From: Thermoproteota archaeon
GTDB taxonomy: Archaea > Korarchaeota > Korarchaeia > Korarchaeales > JAOZGB01
Direction: 5' to 3'
NCBI GenBank assembly: GCA_037917685.1
Contig: JAVCBU010000012.1
Location: 256,001-320,000 of the forward strand
DNA: 64,000 bases
In this document: piece by piece, positions 27,764-37,229 of the stretch
Layout: the number at the start of each line of letters is the position of its first letter
How positions within the stretch are numbered: the first letter of the stretch is position 1
Program-made: the position numbers and the translations under genes
The notes under the pieces: generated by a model
The model's input: only the letters and a program-made list of their open reading frames with translations
Told to the model about the DNA's origin: nothing
Database searches by the model: none

Positions 27764-29150
27764 GGGGTTAGCATACCGGGGGGTTAAAGAGATTAAGGGA
27801 TCCCTACTAATAGTTGAGGACGTAAAAGGGGTAGGGTATAATGAGGTAGCGAGAATAATAGGACAAGACGGAGTTGAAAGGCTTGCAAGAGTTTTAGAGG
27901 TTGGTAAGGGTTATGCCATCCTGCAGGTATTCGGGGGAGAAATAGGGCTTCAAACGGATGTAGTTGTAAGGTTTGAAGGCTCAGCATTCACTATACCAGT
28001 CTCTGATGAAGTTCTCGGTAGAATGTTTAATGGTAGATTCGAACCCATTGATCACGGACCCCCCATAATCTCAACTGACAGGCGAGATATAAACGGTGCT
28101 CCTATAAATCCAAAAGCAAGAATATACCCAAACGACTTTATTCAGACAGGAATTTCAGCAATAGATGGCATGCTCTCCCTAGTTAGAGGGCAAAAACTGC
28201 CAATATTCTCTGAAAGCGGCCTACCCCACAATAGGGTTATCGCCCAGATAGCAAGACAGGCAACAGTTAGGGGAGAAGAAGAGGAGTTCGCTCTTGTCTT
28301 CGCGGCCATGGGTCTCAAAAAGGATGAAGCACTATACTTCATCAGCGAATTTGAACATTCCGGCGCGCTAGAGAGATCCGTAGTCATACTCAACCTGGCT
28401 GACGACCCAGCTGTAGAAAGGCTTTTCACACCTAGAATAGCCTTAACTGTAGCGGAATACCTAGCTTTCGGACTTGAAATGCATGTCCTAGCAATCCTGA
28501 GTGACATGACAAACTATGCCGAAGCACTAAGAGAAATGAGCGCCGCAAGAGAGGAGGTTCCAAGCAGAAAGGGGTACCCAGGATATCTTTACAGTGACCT
28601 AGCAACGATATATGAAAGGGCAGGTATAATAGAGGGAAAAAGAGGCTCCCTAACCCAAATGCCTATCCTGACAATGCCCGGGGGAGACCTACACCATCCA
28701 ATTCCAGACCTAACAGGATACATAACAGAGGGGCAGATCATCTTGGATAGAGAACTTGACATAAAGGGTATATATCCGCCTATCAATGTCCTACCTAGCC
28801 TAAGCAGACTCATGCGAAGCGGAATAGGCAAGGGTAAGACAAGGGATGACCATAAAGACGTTTCAGACCAACTATACTACTCATATAAGAGAGGTGTTAG
28901 AGCAAGAGAACTAGCGAGAATAGTGGGTGAAATGGGTCTAAGCCCGGAGGAGAGAAAATACCTAGAGTTTGCTGAGGCTTTTGAAAGGAAATTCGTAAAC
29001 CAAGGAGAGTACGAAAATAGAACAATAGAAAAAACATTAGACATAGCATGGGATATCCTGTCCATCCTGCCAGAATCAGAACTAGTAAGGATACACGAAG
29101 AATATGTAAAGAAGTACCATCCAAAATACCGTGGGGGAACACAGGCATAA
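27753..29150 (+). CDS. atpB: A/V-type ATP synthase subunit B
   Basis: [46 protein letters not shown]. Confidence 0.97.
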   Translation: MGVKGLAYRGVKEIKGSLLIVEDVKGVGYNEVARIIGQDGVERLARVLEVGKGYAILQVFGGEIGLQTDVVVRFEGSAFTIPVSDEVLGRMFNGRFEPIDHGPPIISTDRRDINGAPINPKARIYPNDFIQTGISAIDGMLSLVRGQKLPIFSESGLPHNRVIAQIARQATVRGEEEEFALVFAAMGLKKDEALYFISEFEHSGALERSVVILNLADDPAVERLFTPRIALTVAEYLAFGLEMHVLAILSDMTNYAEALREMSAAREEVPSRKGYPGYLYSDLATIYERAGIIEGKRGSLTQMPILTMPGGDLHHPIPDLTGYITEGQIILDRELDIKGIYPPINVLPSLSRLMRSGIGKGKTRDDHKDVSDQLYYSYKRGVRARELARIVGEMGLSPEERKYLEFAEAFERKFVNQGEYENRTIEKTLDIAWDILSILPESELVRIHEEYVKKYHPKYRGGTQA

Positions 29151-29160
29151 GTGATATCCA

Positions 29161-29769
29161 ATGTCCAGCAGGATAACAGCAACCCGTGGAGTGCTACTGA
29201 GACTTAAAGAGGAACTCTCATTCGTTGAGAGAAGCAAGGAACTTCTAGAGCTAAAGAGAGATAACCTGGCCAGGGAGATAAACAAGCTCCTAGGGAAGGT
29301 AACCATCAGAAAAGAGATAGAAAAGAAAATAATGGACGGATATGAACAATTGAAAAGGGCATATACATCAATGGGGTACTGGGAAGTAAAAACCAAAGCC
29401 ATGTCGGTGAAACCATTGAAGGTTAAAGCCCTAACTAAAAGTATTATGGGAATAAGCATCCCCACTCTAAAAATAGAAGAGCAAGCTGACATATCGCCGC
29501 TGACAGACCCAAGGATAAGAATGGTAGCAAAAAAGTTCAGCGACATGATGTCTGAAATATTAAGTCTCGCAGTGACTGAGGCTCAGATAGAGAAAATAGC
29601 ACACGAATTAATGATGACAAATAGGAAGGTTAACATCCTAGAGAAGGCAGTCATCCCAAACTATAAGAAGACAATAAAGTACATAGAGGACAAGCTTGAG
29701 GAAGAATCTCTAGAGGAGTTTGTAAGAGCCAAAAAGATAAAACAAGTGATAACGAGGGAGATGAGATGA
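29161..29769 (+). CDS. atpD: A/V-type ATP synthase subunit D
   Basis: ATRGVLLRLK, LLELKRD, TNRKVNILEKAVIP. Confidence 0.93.
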   Translation: MSSRITATRGVLLRLKEELSFVERSKELLELKRDNLAREINKLLGKVTIRKEIEKKIMDGYEQLKRAYTSMGYWEVKTKAMSVKPLKVKALTKSIMGISIPTLKIEEQADISPLTDPRIRMVAKKFSDMMSEILSLAVTEAQIEKIAHELMMTNRKVNILEKAVIPNYKKTIKYIEDKLEEESLEEFVRAKKIKQVITREMR

Positions 29770-30803
29770 AAGGCCCAGGAAGGGTATACCTAGAAGTCAG
29801 AACTAAAACCCTATTATCCCACTTACTAAAGACAGAAACTATTAGAAATCTAATAGGAGCCGAAGACCTTGAAAGCTTACTTGCATACCTGTTAAAGACA
29901 GGTTACGCGGATGAAATAAGTAAAATAATCCATAATCCCGAACCCGCAACCTTAGAAAGAACTTTTTACAGAAAGGTCGTTGAAAGGTATGAGAAATATG
30001 GAATGATAGTTGACACAACAGCAATCAGAGATTCACTGAGAAATATGATAAAAAATTACATGGCGAGACTTGAGGTTGAAAATCTTAAAAGAATAGTTAG
30101 GGCAGTACACAGTAACAGAACCATAACAGAAGAAGATTTAATACCTGTAACCCGGAGAATTTCACATATAAACTTTAAGGTGATGGTAGGCGCCAAAACA
30201 GTCGATGAGTTCGTTAGTCTCCTAAAAGAAACGGCTTACTCGAGGATAAATAATTATTTAAGTGTATATTTCAAGTATAAAACTCCTATTATTTTCGAGT
30301 CAAAACTTGATGAATTTTACTATGTTAGAGTTTGGAATGAAGCATTAAGGGTAAGAGACTCGAAACATGTAAAAGAGATTCTGGGAACTGAGATTGACCT
30401 TAGAAATATATGGTATATACTCCAGTTGGCATATCAAGGGGCTAGTAAAGAATTAGGATACGAAGCTCTAATGCGATGCTCATATGAAATAGATATTAAG
30501 AGATTGGGTAAAACTTTAAAAGAGAATAGTTATGACGCAGCTGTTTCAGAATTAAAACGCTCCAAATATTCAAGAATCGTTAACGAAATGTACGAGTTGA
30601 TTAAAAAGGGAAAACCAGATCACAGTTATGGGATATTGTTAAAAGAACTTAGGAGAGTGTGTTTAGAGAACTTAAGGGGAGTTGGGATTCCAATCGCATA
30701 TCTACTCTTGGCCTACTTAGAATCTGTGGATTTGACTACAATAGGTATAGGTAAATATTTAAAAGTGGGAAAGAAAGACGTCTCATCCTATGTTTCTATT
30801 TAA
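29766..30803 (+). CDS. atpC: A/V-type ATP synthase subunit C
   Basis: LLKTGY, E.ENLKRIVR, LDEFYY, EIDLRNI, AYL...E..DL. Confidence 0.85.
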   Translation: MKGPGRVYLEVRTKTLLSHLLKTETIRNLIGAEDLESLLAYLLKTGYADEISKIIHNPEPATLERTFYRKVVERYEKYGMIVDTTAIRDSLRNMIKNYMARLEVENLKRIVRAVHSNRTITEEDLIPVTRRISHINFKVMVGAKTVDEFVSLLKETAYSRINNYLSVYFKYKTPIIFESKLDEFYYVRVWNEALRVRDSKHVKEILGTEIDLRNIWYILQLAYQGASKELGYEALMRCSYEIDIKRLGKTLKENSYDAAVSELKRSKYSRIVNEMYELIKKGKPDHSYGILLKELRRVCLENLRGVGIPIAYLLLAYLESVDLTTIGIGKYLKVGKKDVSSYVSI

Positions 30804-30812
30804 GAAGGGAAG

Positions 30813-31166
30813 TTATATTTTCCCAAGTATCATCACGGCCACTACAAGTCCGTAGATTGCCAATCCTTCCCCAAGGCCTGATACTATTAGAATCCATATC
30901 CTCAGTTCGGGTCTTTCTGCAGCAGCAGCGAAGCCGGCTGTGGCAGCACCATATATTGCTATACCTGCACCTATTGCGGAGCCTACCATGCTGATAGCAG
31001 CTGCAAAGAAGACTTCAGATCCAGCGGAGGGTGTAGATTCAGTCTCTTGATTTTGTAATGGTTTCGCGTAGAGTGTTGCCCCTGTAGCAGCAGTAATCGC
31101 TACTATAGACAGAATTAGGAGCGCCCACCTAAGGTGAATCCTTCTCTTCATAACGCGTGTGAACAT
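30813..31166 (-). CDS. atpK: A/V-type ATP synthase subunit K/c (proteolipid) with N-terminal leader
   Basis: GAGIAI...AERPE...GLGEGLAIYGLVVA; start 31166 after a GGAGGT RBS (ORF track gives 31280). Confidence 0.92.
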   Translation of the reverse strand: MFTRVMKRRIHLRWALLILSIVAITAATGATLYAKPLQNQETESTPSAGSEVFFAAAISMVGSAIGAGIAIYGAATAGFAAAAERPELRIWILIVSGLGEGLAIYGLVVAVMILGKI

Positions 31167-31292
31167 CTTTACTATACCTCCCATAAGCTCCCACCAAGCA
31201 TCATTGTTTCTAAGGTTGCCCACTTCTGCTTTATTAAAAATTTTTCCAAATAGAACCTCTTGTAACACTCCGGAAGCCAATAGAAAATAATT

Positions 31293-33665
31293 TCAGAGCT
31301 TGAAAGGTCTGAACGGCCTTCCATCACCAGAGTAAAACTTTGTAAAGAACTCATAGTACATTAACCTCATTGATTGGATCAAAGATGCTAAACCCTCGAA
31401 TACTATTACCAGAATGTTAACAAAGATGTAACCGAAGGCACCCGTTAGTTCTGCAAGGCCTGAAGCAGCTACCGCTAAAGCTCCATGGGCCATTGCGAAG
31501 GCTGCAAGCCTTATATAGGACACTGAATTTGCAAGGTAACTCATGAAGGTTTCTAGCGCATGGGAGAATCCTGTCATGAGCCTGTCTTCGATTTCGCCGT
31601 GCCCTTCAACTAGCGCCTCTACTACAGGATGAACGAATATTATCATAAGGCATGTTAGTGCGGTTCCTGTTAGGAATGGGTTTCTCATGAATACTCCTAT
31701 GTCCATCCCTTCTTTTAGGAACTTTACTCCAAGCATTACCCCAGCGGAGTAGTACACTAACCCGGCTATACCTTGTGCTCCGAAAACGGCTTCCCACTTA
31801 TGCTCTTGTTTAAGCTGGTTTATGAAACCTAGTATTATTCCAATAAATATTTCTATAACTCCAAAAGCTAACGCTATAGCCATTATCTTGTTTAGCTCGT
31901 GTAGAGGCGAGAGAAGTAGTGGGTGGAATGCTTCCATTAGGAAGAATTCCCCATATAGCAAGCCGAAGAACATCGAGGAGGCTCCGCACATAGCTAGTAC
32001 TCCTCCTAACCTGTTTATTGAATGTTTTGAGAGTCCAAATATAGATGCGTGGGACAGCTTCAAGAGTATCCCTATCAGGAGGAAGACGAGGCCTTGCCCA
32101 AGGTCGCCGAACATCATTCCAAACATTATTGGGTACAGAACTGTTACTAGGGGTGTGGGGTTCAGTTCGTAGTAGTTGGGGCTACCTCTTAGGTTGACCA
32201 GTAGCTGGAAGTCCTTTAAGGGACTCTTGTTTTTTACTATTATCGGTGGCGTTATTTCCGGGATTGGATCTTTTATAAGTATGGATTCTTTACGGTTTGT
32301 AACGTCTAGAACGATTCGCTCTAGGTCTTTACTCCTTCTTCTGGGAATCCAGCCATGTATTACTGTTTTGCCGTTTTCTCTCCATAGTTTGGCTTTTTCT
32401 CTCTCGATCTTTAGTGTTTTTAGTATTATTGGTTTGAACTTTTCAACCTGGGCTTTTAGGCCGAGGAGTCTTCTCAGGGTTTCCCCAAGCTTTGATTTGA
32501 TCTCAGCCTCCCTTCTCCTAAGCTCAGCTATTGCATCATCGGTCTTCGACGGGAGGCCATCAGGCAATCTGATCTCCTCAAAGTTTAAAAGCTTCAAAAC
32601 CTCGCCAACATACTCCTCTTCACCCTTAACACCAACAATAACAACAAAATAGTATGATGCATCCCAAGGGATTTTTACAAACTCTGTTACTCGACCCTCG
32701 ATATATACTTCGAGTTTAGGTAGGAGCTTCCTGTAGAGAAGACCTGCCTTAACAAACATGAACCTGTGCTCCCCAATATCGCCAACGTCGATACCGTTAT
32801 CTTTAAGGATGCTGAGAACCCTCAGCGTCTCCTGCACTCTCTCATATTCCTCAAGCAGCCTCTCAGCCTCAGAGGAGAAATTCTCGAAGACACCCTCAAT
32901 CCTAGATATACTCCCGCTAATATCATCAGGAGAAAGCCTAATGTCAAGATCAGCTGGTTCCTTGCTTATTTGTGAGGTTTGCTGCGGACCTAGTATATTA
33001 GCTGACTTTTCAAGAAGACTTTTAGCAGTTTTATCCAGCTGTTTTGATATTCTGAGTATTCTCTCACGGTCAGCATCTACACCTATTTCCCTGGTTGGCT
33101 GAAGAGCAAGTTTTCCTTCAAGGTATGCTTCAAATATGGGTAGGAGCTTCCTGTAGAGAAGACCTGCCTTAACAAACATGAACCTGTGCTCCCCAATATC
33201 GCCAACGTCGATACCGTTATCTTTAAGGATGCTGAGAACCCTCAGCGTCTCCTGCACTCTCTCATATTCCTCAAGCAGCCTCTCAGCCTCAGAGGAGAAA
33301 TTCTCGAAGACACCCTCAATCCTAGATATACTCCCGCTAATATCATCAGGAGAAAGCCTAATGTCAAGATCAGCTGGCTTAGGCTGGGTGTATCCTTCCC
33401 TCCTACCCAATATTTTGGACATAAACGATTTTTCTACCCTAGGCTGGGGAATTTTAAGTATATTAGCGTTTATTTTTTCTGATAGCCTCAGGAATCTTTC
33501 GCACTCGGATTCGAGAGTTGTTTTTCTAACTGGTCTTGGAATTAACTGTATTATTTCTGCTATGCCTTGTTCTCCGAGTTTTCTAAGCAGCTCGTCTTCT
33601 TTATCAGTTGGTATTTCTATTCTGAATCTTACCATTGGTTCGGGCTTGAACAATGCATGCACCAC
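31293..33665 (-). CDS. atpI: A/V-type ATP synthase subunit I/a, with 140-aa internal duplication
   Basis: P.Y.E.NPT, MFGMMFGDLGQG, NSVSYIRLAAF..AH, QSMRL.YYEFFTKFY.G.GR.F.PF. Confidence 0.95.
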   Translation of the reverse strand: MVHALFKPEPMVRFRIEIPTDKEDELLRKLGEQGIAEIIQLIPRPVRKTTLESECERFLRLSEKINANILKIPQPRVEKSFMSKILGRREGYTQPKPADLDIRLSPDDISGSISRIEGVFENFSSEAERLLEEYERVQETLRVLSILKDNGIDVGDIGEHRFMFVKAGLLYRKLLPIFEAYLEGKLALQPTREIGVDADRERILRISKQLDKTAKSLLEKSANILGPQQTSQISKEPADLDIRLSPDDISGSISRIEGVFENFSSEAERLLEEYERVQETLRVLSILKDNGIDVGDIGEHRFMFVKAGLLYRKLLPKLEVYIEGRVTEFVKIPWDASYYFVVIVGVKGEEEYVGEVLKLLNFEEIRLPDGLPSKTDDAIAELRRREAEIKSKLGETLRRLLGLKAQVEKFKPIILKTLKIEREKAKLWRENGKTVIHGWIPRRRSKDLERIVLDVTNRKESILIKDPIPEITPPIIVKNKSPLKDFQLLVNLRGSPNYYELNPTPLVTVLYPIMFGMMFGDLGQGLVFLLIGILLKLSHASIFGLSKHSINRLGGVLAMCGASSMFFGLLYGEFFLMEAFHPLLLSPLHELNKIMAIALAFGVIEIFIGIILGFINQLKQEHKWEAVFGAQGIAGLVYYSAGVMLGVKFLKEGMDIGVFMRNPFLTGTALTCLMIIFVHPVVEALVEGHGEIEDRLMTGFSHALETFMSYLANSVSYIRLAAFAMAHGALAVAASGLAELTGAFGYIFVNILVIVFEGLASLIQSMRLMYYEFFTKFYSGDGRPFRPFKL
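32719..32957. repeat. 239-bp direct repeat copy 1 (identical to 33139..33377)
   Basis: Base-by-base identical by eye; period 420 bp, in frame. Confidence 0.92.
33139..33377. repeat. 239-bp direct repeat copy 2 (identical to 32719..32957)
   Basis: Encodes PADLDIRLSP...AGLLYRKLLP, which occurs twice in AtpI. Confidence 0.92.
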
Positions 33666-33688
33666 CTCTTACACTTTTCATCCTTTTC

Positions 33689-33701
33689 TTTAAATTTTGG
33701 G
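33689..33701 (-). promoter_or_regulatory. Putative BRE-TATA (CCCAAAA-TTTAAA) for atpI
   Basis: TTTAAA about 24 nt upstream of the atpI start codon on the minus strand. Confidence 0.35.
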
Positions 33702-33702
33702 C

Positions 33703-35130
33703 TTAAGGTAACCCTGCAGATATGAACTTTATTATTAATGTTGCAGGCCCCAGCCCTAAAACTATCGTGGTTATTGCGGTTAGTAGAATGGCTATCGTTT
33801 CTGGGGCTGCAGGCTCCTCGCGTGGGATTAGGGGGTTTTCCCTGTCAGGGAAGTAAAGTTGCTTTATGACTTGAGCGTAGTATCCAACTGATACTGCACT
33901 GTTAGCAAAGGCTACTATTGCGAGGGGGGGATTTGTTCTTAGAACAGACTGAAATATGTATATGAATTTACTCCAGAATCCTATGAGAGGGGGCATCCCC
34001 ATTAAACTAAGCATGTTTATTGTAGTTGCAAATGATATTAGGGGCATTTTCATACCCATTCCTGCGATGTCTCCGAGGTTCAAGCCTGTTTTTCTATAGG
34101 ATAGGTATGATAGCCATACGAATATCCCGATCTTCGCCATTACATATGTAGCTATGTGTAATGCTACACCTGACATTGCTAACTCCCAATAGGGTTGGCC
34201 TTTAGCTACCGAGAACGCCGCCATTATATAGCCTGCCTGTGCAATGCTACTGTAAGCCATCATTCTTTGAACGTTCTTCTGCACTAGTGCTGTCACATTG
34301 CCAAATGTCATTGTTGCCACTGACAATAGGCTTAAGTATAGGGTCCACCTACCATCTAGGCTGCCACTGTATGGATATGCTATTCTTAACAAGGCTAGTA
34401 TGGCTGCTATCTTGACTACTCCTGCTATATAGCTTATTATTAATGGGTAGACTCCACCGTATACGTCCGGAAGCCAGCCGTGGAATGGCACCACACCCAT
34501 TTTAAAGCTGTACGCCGCTACAATCAGGGCTACACCTATAAGTAGCAGGTGTGGGTTGGCAGACCCTACGCCGGGCATGGTTGAGCTTGTTACTCCAAAT
34601 ATTATCGCCAGGCCGTAGAGCATTATGGATGAGGCTGCTATCCCCATTAAAGCATATTTTACTGCTCCTTCAACAGATGGTTCATCTTTCTTGAGGCCTA
34701 CCATTACGTAGGATGCTACCGAAACTAGGGCCCATGTCACCATCATTAGGATCAGGTCTTCACAGTAGACAAGAATTTCAACCCCGACAAGGGCTATTAG
34801 AAGCAGAGAATAGTATGTGGGAGCTGTAATCCAATCTTTAGCCTGGTTATGTGACGAGATAGCAACTATTAGGGCTCCAAACCATATTATTATAGAGACG
34901 AATGAGCCGTACTTATCTATCATTATAGTTCCTTGATGTAATACCTTTTCGCCTGTTACCTCTAGCGCGATCATAAGGTTTAGAGCCAAGCCTGCTACTA
35001 AGCATCCATATGCTAGTTTTTCACCGGCTGATCGTTTTCCCAAAATTATATAGTCTAACGGGGGGATTACAAGGCCTACCCCGCTGGTTAGTAATATTAG
35101 GATGTTAAACATCATGCTTACCATGTCCAT
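33703..35130 (-). CDS. nuoN: Complex I-like subunit N
   Basis: EGAVKY, FKMGVVPFHGWLPDVY, RMMAYSSIAQAGY, GMPPLIGFWSK. Confidence 0.92.
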   Translation of the reverse strand: MDMVSMMFNILILLTSGVGLVIPPLDYIILGKRSAGEKLAYGCLVAGLALNLMIALEVTGEKVLHQGTIMIDKYGSFVSIIIWFGALIVAISSHNQAKDWITAPTYYSLLLIALVGVEILVYCEDLILMMVTWALVSVASYVMVGLKKDEPSVEGAVKYALMGIAASSIMLYGLAIIFGVTSSTMPGVGSANPHLLLIGVALIVAAYSFKMGVVPFHGWLPDVYGGVYPLIISYIAGVVKIAAILALLRIAYPYSGSLDGRWTLYLSLLSVATMTFGNVTALVQKNVQRMMAYSSIAQAGYIMAAFSVAKGQPYWELAMSGVALHIATYVMAKIGIFVWLSYLSYRKTGLNLGDIAGMGMKMPLISFATTINMLSLMGMPPLIGFWSKFIYIFQSVLRTNPPLAIVAFANSAVSVGYYAQVIKQLYFPDRENPLIPREEPAAPETIAILLTAITTIVLGLGPATLIIKFISAGLP

Positions 35131-35131
35131 G

Positions 35132-37225
35132 CTACATCACCCATATGAGTATTAGGAGGAGAGCTGCACCTATGAAGAACCAGGCTATATACTGGTTTAT
35201 TCTTCCTGTTTGGATAGTTCTAAGCTTTCTACCAAACCAGATAAACATGGAGGGTACTCCTTTATTATAGCCATCGTCTATCACGGTGGTTTCCAGGTTC
35301 TTGTAGAGGCCGATGCTTAGCGCTGATGTTAGGATTGGTATTGCCCTATGATAGAGACCATCTATTATGAGAGTGTCGAACATCTTGTACACCCCCTTCG
35401 CGAATGATGACAGCCCATAGACAAGGATTCTGTAGTATACTGAGTTAACTAGGTAGCGATCATAAAGTAGATTTCTAAGGCTCTTCAGTACGGGTGAAGC
35501 TTCTACTTTTGAGTCTAATTGGGGCTGGTATAGCGGTTTAATGTAGAGCATGGTTGCAGATATGATTCCGAAAGCTACAAGCAGCACGGAACTCGCGGTT
35601 GTTTCAACGTCTACTTCTAGGTGGAATGGCAAATGCTCTTCTATACCGATTACATTTGAAGTTGCAGCTTCGAGAAAGCTTGGGCCAAGTATTGGCCATA
35701 TCACCCCGATGCAAAGAGAAAGAATGGCTAGGAGGAAGAATGGTGTAAGCATAACTGGATGTGCCTCGTGAAGTTTGTGTTCACGCTTAAGGTGCCTAAC
35801 ATTTTCCGACTCTGACATAAGAAATACTCTAAATACCATTCTCATCGAGTAAAAGGCTGTTAAGAACGCTGTTACCAGGCCAAGGATGAATGGAACCTGC
35901 AGCCCCGCATGTTTAGCTGCTTCCACTATGGCGTCTTTCGTCCAGAATCCCATGAAAGGGGGAACTCCAGATAGACTCAAGGCTGCTATGACCATGGCTG
36001 TAAACGTGTATTTCATATGCTTCGATAGGCCACCCATACCGTCTATATATCTTGTTTCAACAGAATGTATAATTGCCCCAGCTGCAAGGAATAGTGATGC
36101 TTTAAATATCGCATGTGAAGCCAGATGGCCAAAGCACGCTGCGAATCCCTTTGGAAATTCGTGGATGAGACCTGAAGCTCCAGCGGCTAGAAACATATAG
36201 CCTAGCTGAGATGCTGTTGAGAACGCTAGGATTAGTTTTAGCTCTCTAGCCACCAGCGCCTGGGTTGCCATAAAGAAAGCTGTGAATCCGCCTATAAGGG
36301 CTATTATTGAAAAATAGGTTTGAATGGAAGGGGCGGCCACTGATGAATGGACGGCAGCATAGTGGAATATAGGTGAAAATCTCAACATGAAGTACACTCC
36401 TGCTTTAACCATGGTCGCCGCATGTATCAAAGCTGAAACTGATGTTGGTCCTGTCATGGCTGTTACAAGCCATTCATGGAATGGAAACTGGGCGCTTTTA
36501 GCCATAGCACCAAGTGTGAATATTAGTAGGAATGGTAAGAGTAGACCCTTAGATGCGAGTACAGATGCCCATTCAGGTGACTTTTCAGCTATCTGTTGAA
36601 TACTAAAAGTTCCGGTTAAAGCGAATAGCACGGCTATACCTGCAAGTAGGCCAACATCACCTATTCTAGTGAAAACTATGGCTCTAACCCCGCTATGGCT
36701 TGGGGAGAATGCCATTGGTACTCCTAGGGCTACTCTGCCATGATCTCCTACCCATTTCTCCTTTTCATCTCTGTACCAATGGCCTATTAGAGCGTAGGAC
36801 GCTAGACCTGTACCTTCCCATCCGAGGAACATTAGTAAGATGTTCCCAGAAAGTACGAGCAGCTGCATGCTCCCAACGAAGAAATCAAAGAAAAACCAGT
36901 ATCTTGTCAGACCTGTGTCATGCTCCATATATTTAAGGCTGTAGAATCCTATAAGAAAGCTCAGCCATGAAACAACTACCGACATAAAGGCCGCAAGACT
37001 ATCTACATAAGTTTGGAGGTTAAAGTCTATCGTTTTAACCCAACTAGCTTCGTATACTACAGCCTCCCCAGTATCTAAAACTGTATTTAGGAGCACCGTT
37101 GAGCATAATGCGCTTAGCAAGAGCATCAATACCGCAATTGAATCTCTCAGTTTACCTTTCAAAGTAAGGCTTAGGGCCGCCCCCACGTATGGGAGCAGCC
37201 ACGCCGCCACAGCTACTGCCTCCAT
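35132..37225 (-). CDS. nuoL: Complex I-like subunit L
   Basis: GWEG.GL.SY.LIG, KSAQFPFHEWL..AM.GPT.VSALIHAATMVKAG, HAIFKASLF, IQTG. Confidence 0.93.
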   Translation of the reverse strand: MEAVAVAAWLLPYVGAALSLTLKGKLRDSIAVLMLLLSALCSTVLLNTVLDTGEAVVYEASWVKTIDFNLQTYVDSLAAFMSVVVSWLSFLIGFYSLKYMEHDTGLTRYWFFFDFFVGSMQLLVLSGNILLMFLGWEGTGLASYALIGHWYRDEKEKWVGDHGRVALGVPMAFSPSHSGVRAIVFTRIGDVGLLAGIAVLFALTGTFSIQQIAEKSPEWASVLASKGLLLPFLLIFTLGAMAKSAQFPFHEWLVTAMTGPTSVSALIHAATMVKAGVYFMLRFSPIFHYAAVHSSVAAPSIQTYFSIIALIGGFTAFFMATQALVARELKLILAFSTASQLGYMFLAAGASGLIHEFPKGFAACFGHLASHAIFKASLFLAAGAIIHSVETRYIDGMGGLSKHMKYTFTAMVIAALSLSGVPPFMGFWTKDAIVEAAKHAGLQVPFILGLVTAFLTAFYSMRMVFRVFLMSESENVRHLKREHKLHEAHPVMLTPFFLLAILSLCIGVIWPILGPSFLEAATSNVIGIEEHLPFHLEVDVETTASSVLLVAFGIISATMLYIKPLYQPQLDSKVEASPVLKSLRNLLYDRYLVNSVYYRILVYGLSSFAKGVYKMFDTLIIDGLYHRAIPILTSALSIGLYKNLETTVIDDGYNKGVPSMFIWFGRKLRTIQTGRINQYIAWFFIGAALLLILIWVM

Positions 37226-37229
37226 TTTA

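Noticed and set aside
31167-31280. 38-aa N-terminal extension of AtpK in the ORF track
   Set aside because: The region contains a TATA-like TTTTAATA, and a strong GGAGGT RBS sits before the ATG at 31166; most likely promoter/UTR
32719-33377. Repeat as an IS/MITE or CRISPR element
   Set aside because: It is in-frame protein-coding sequence with no terminal inverted repeats, target-site duplications or spacer pattern
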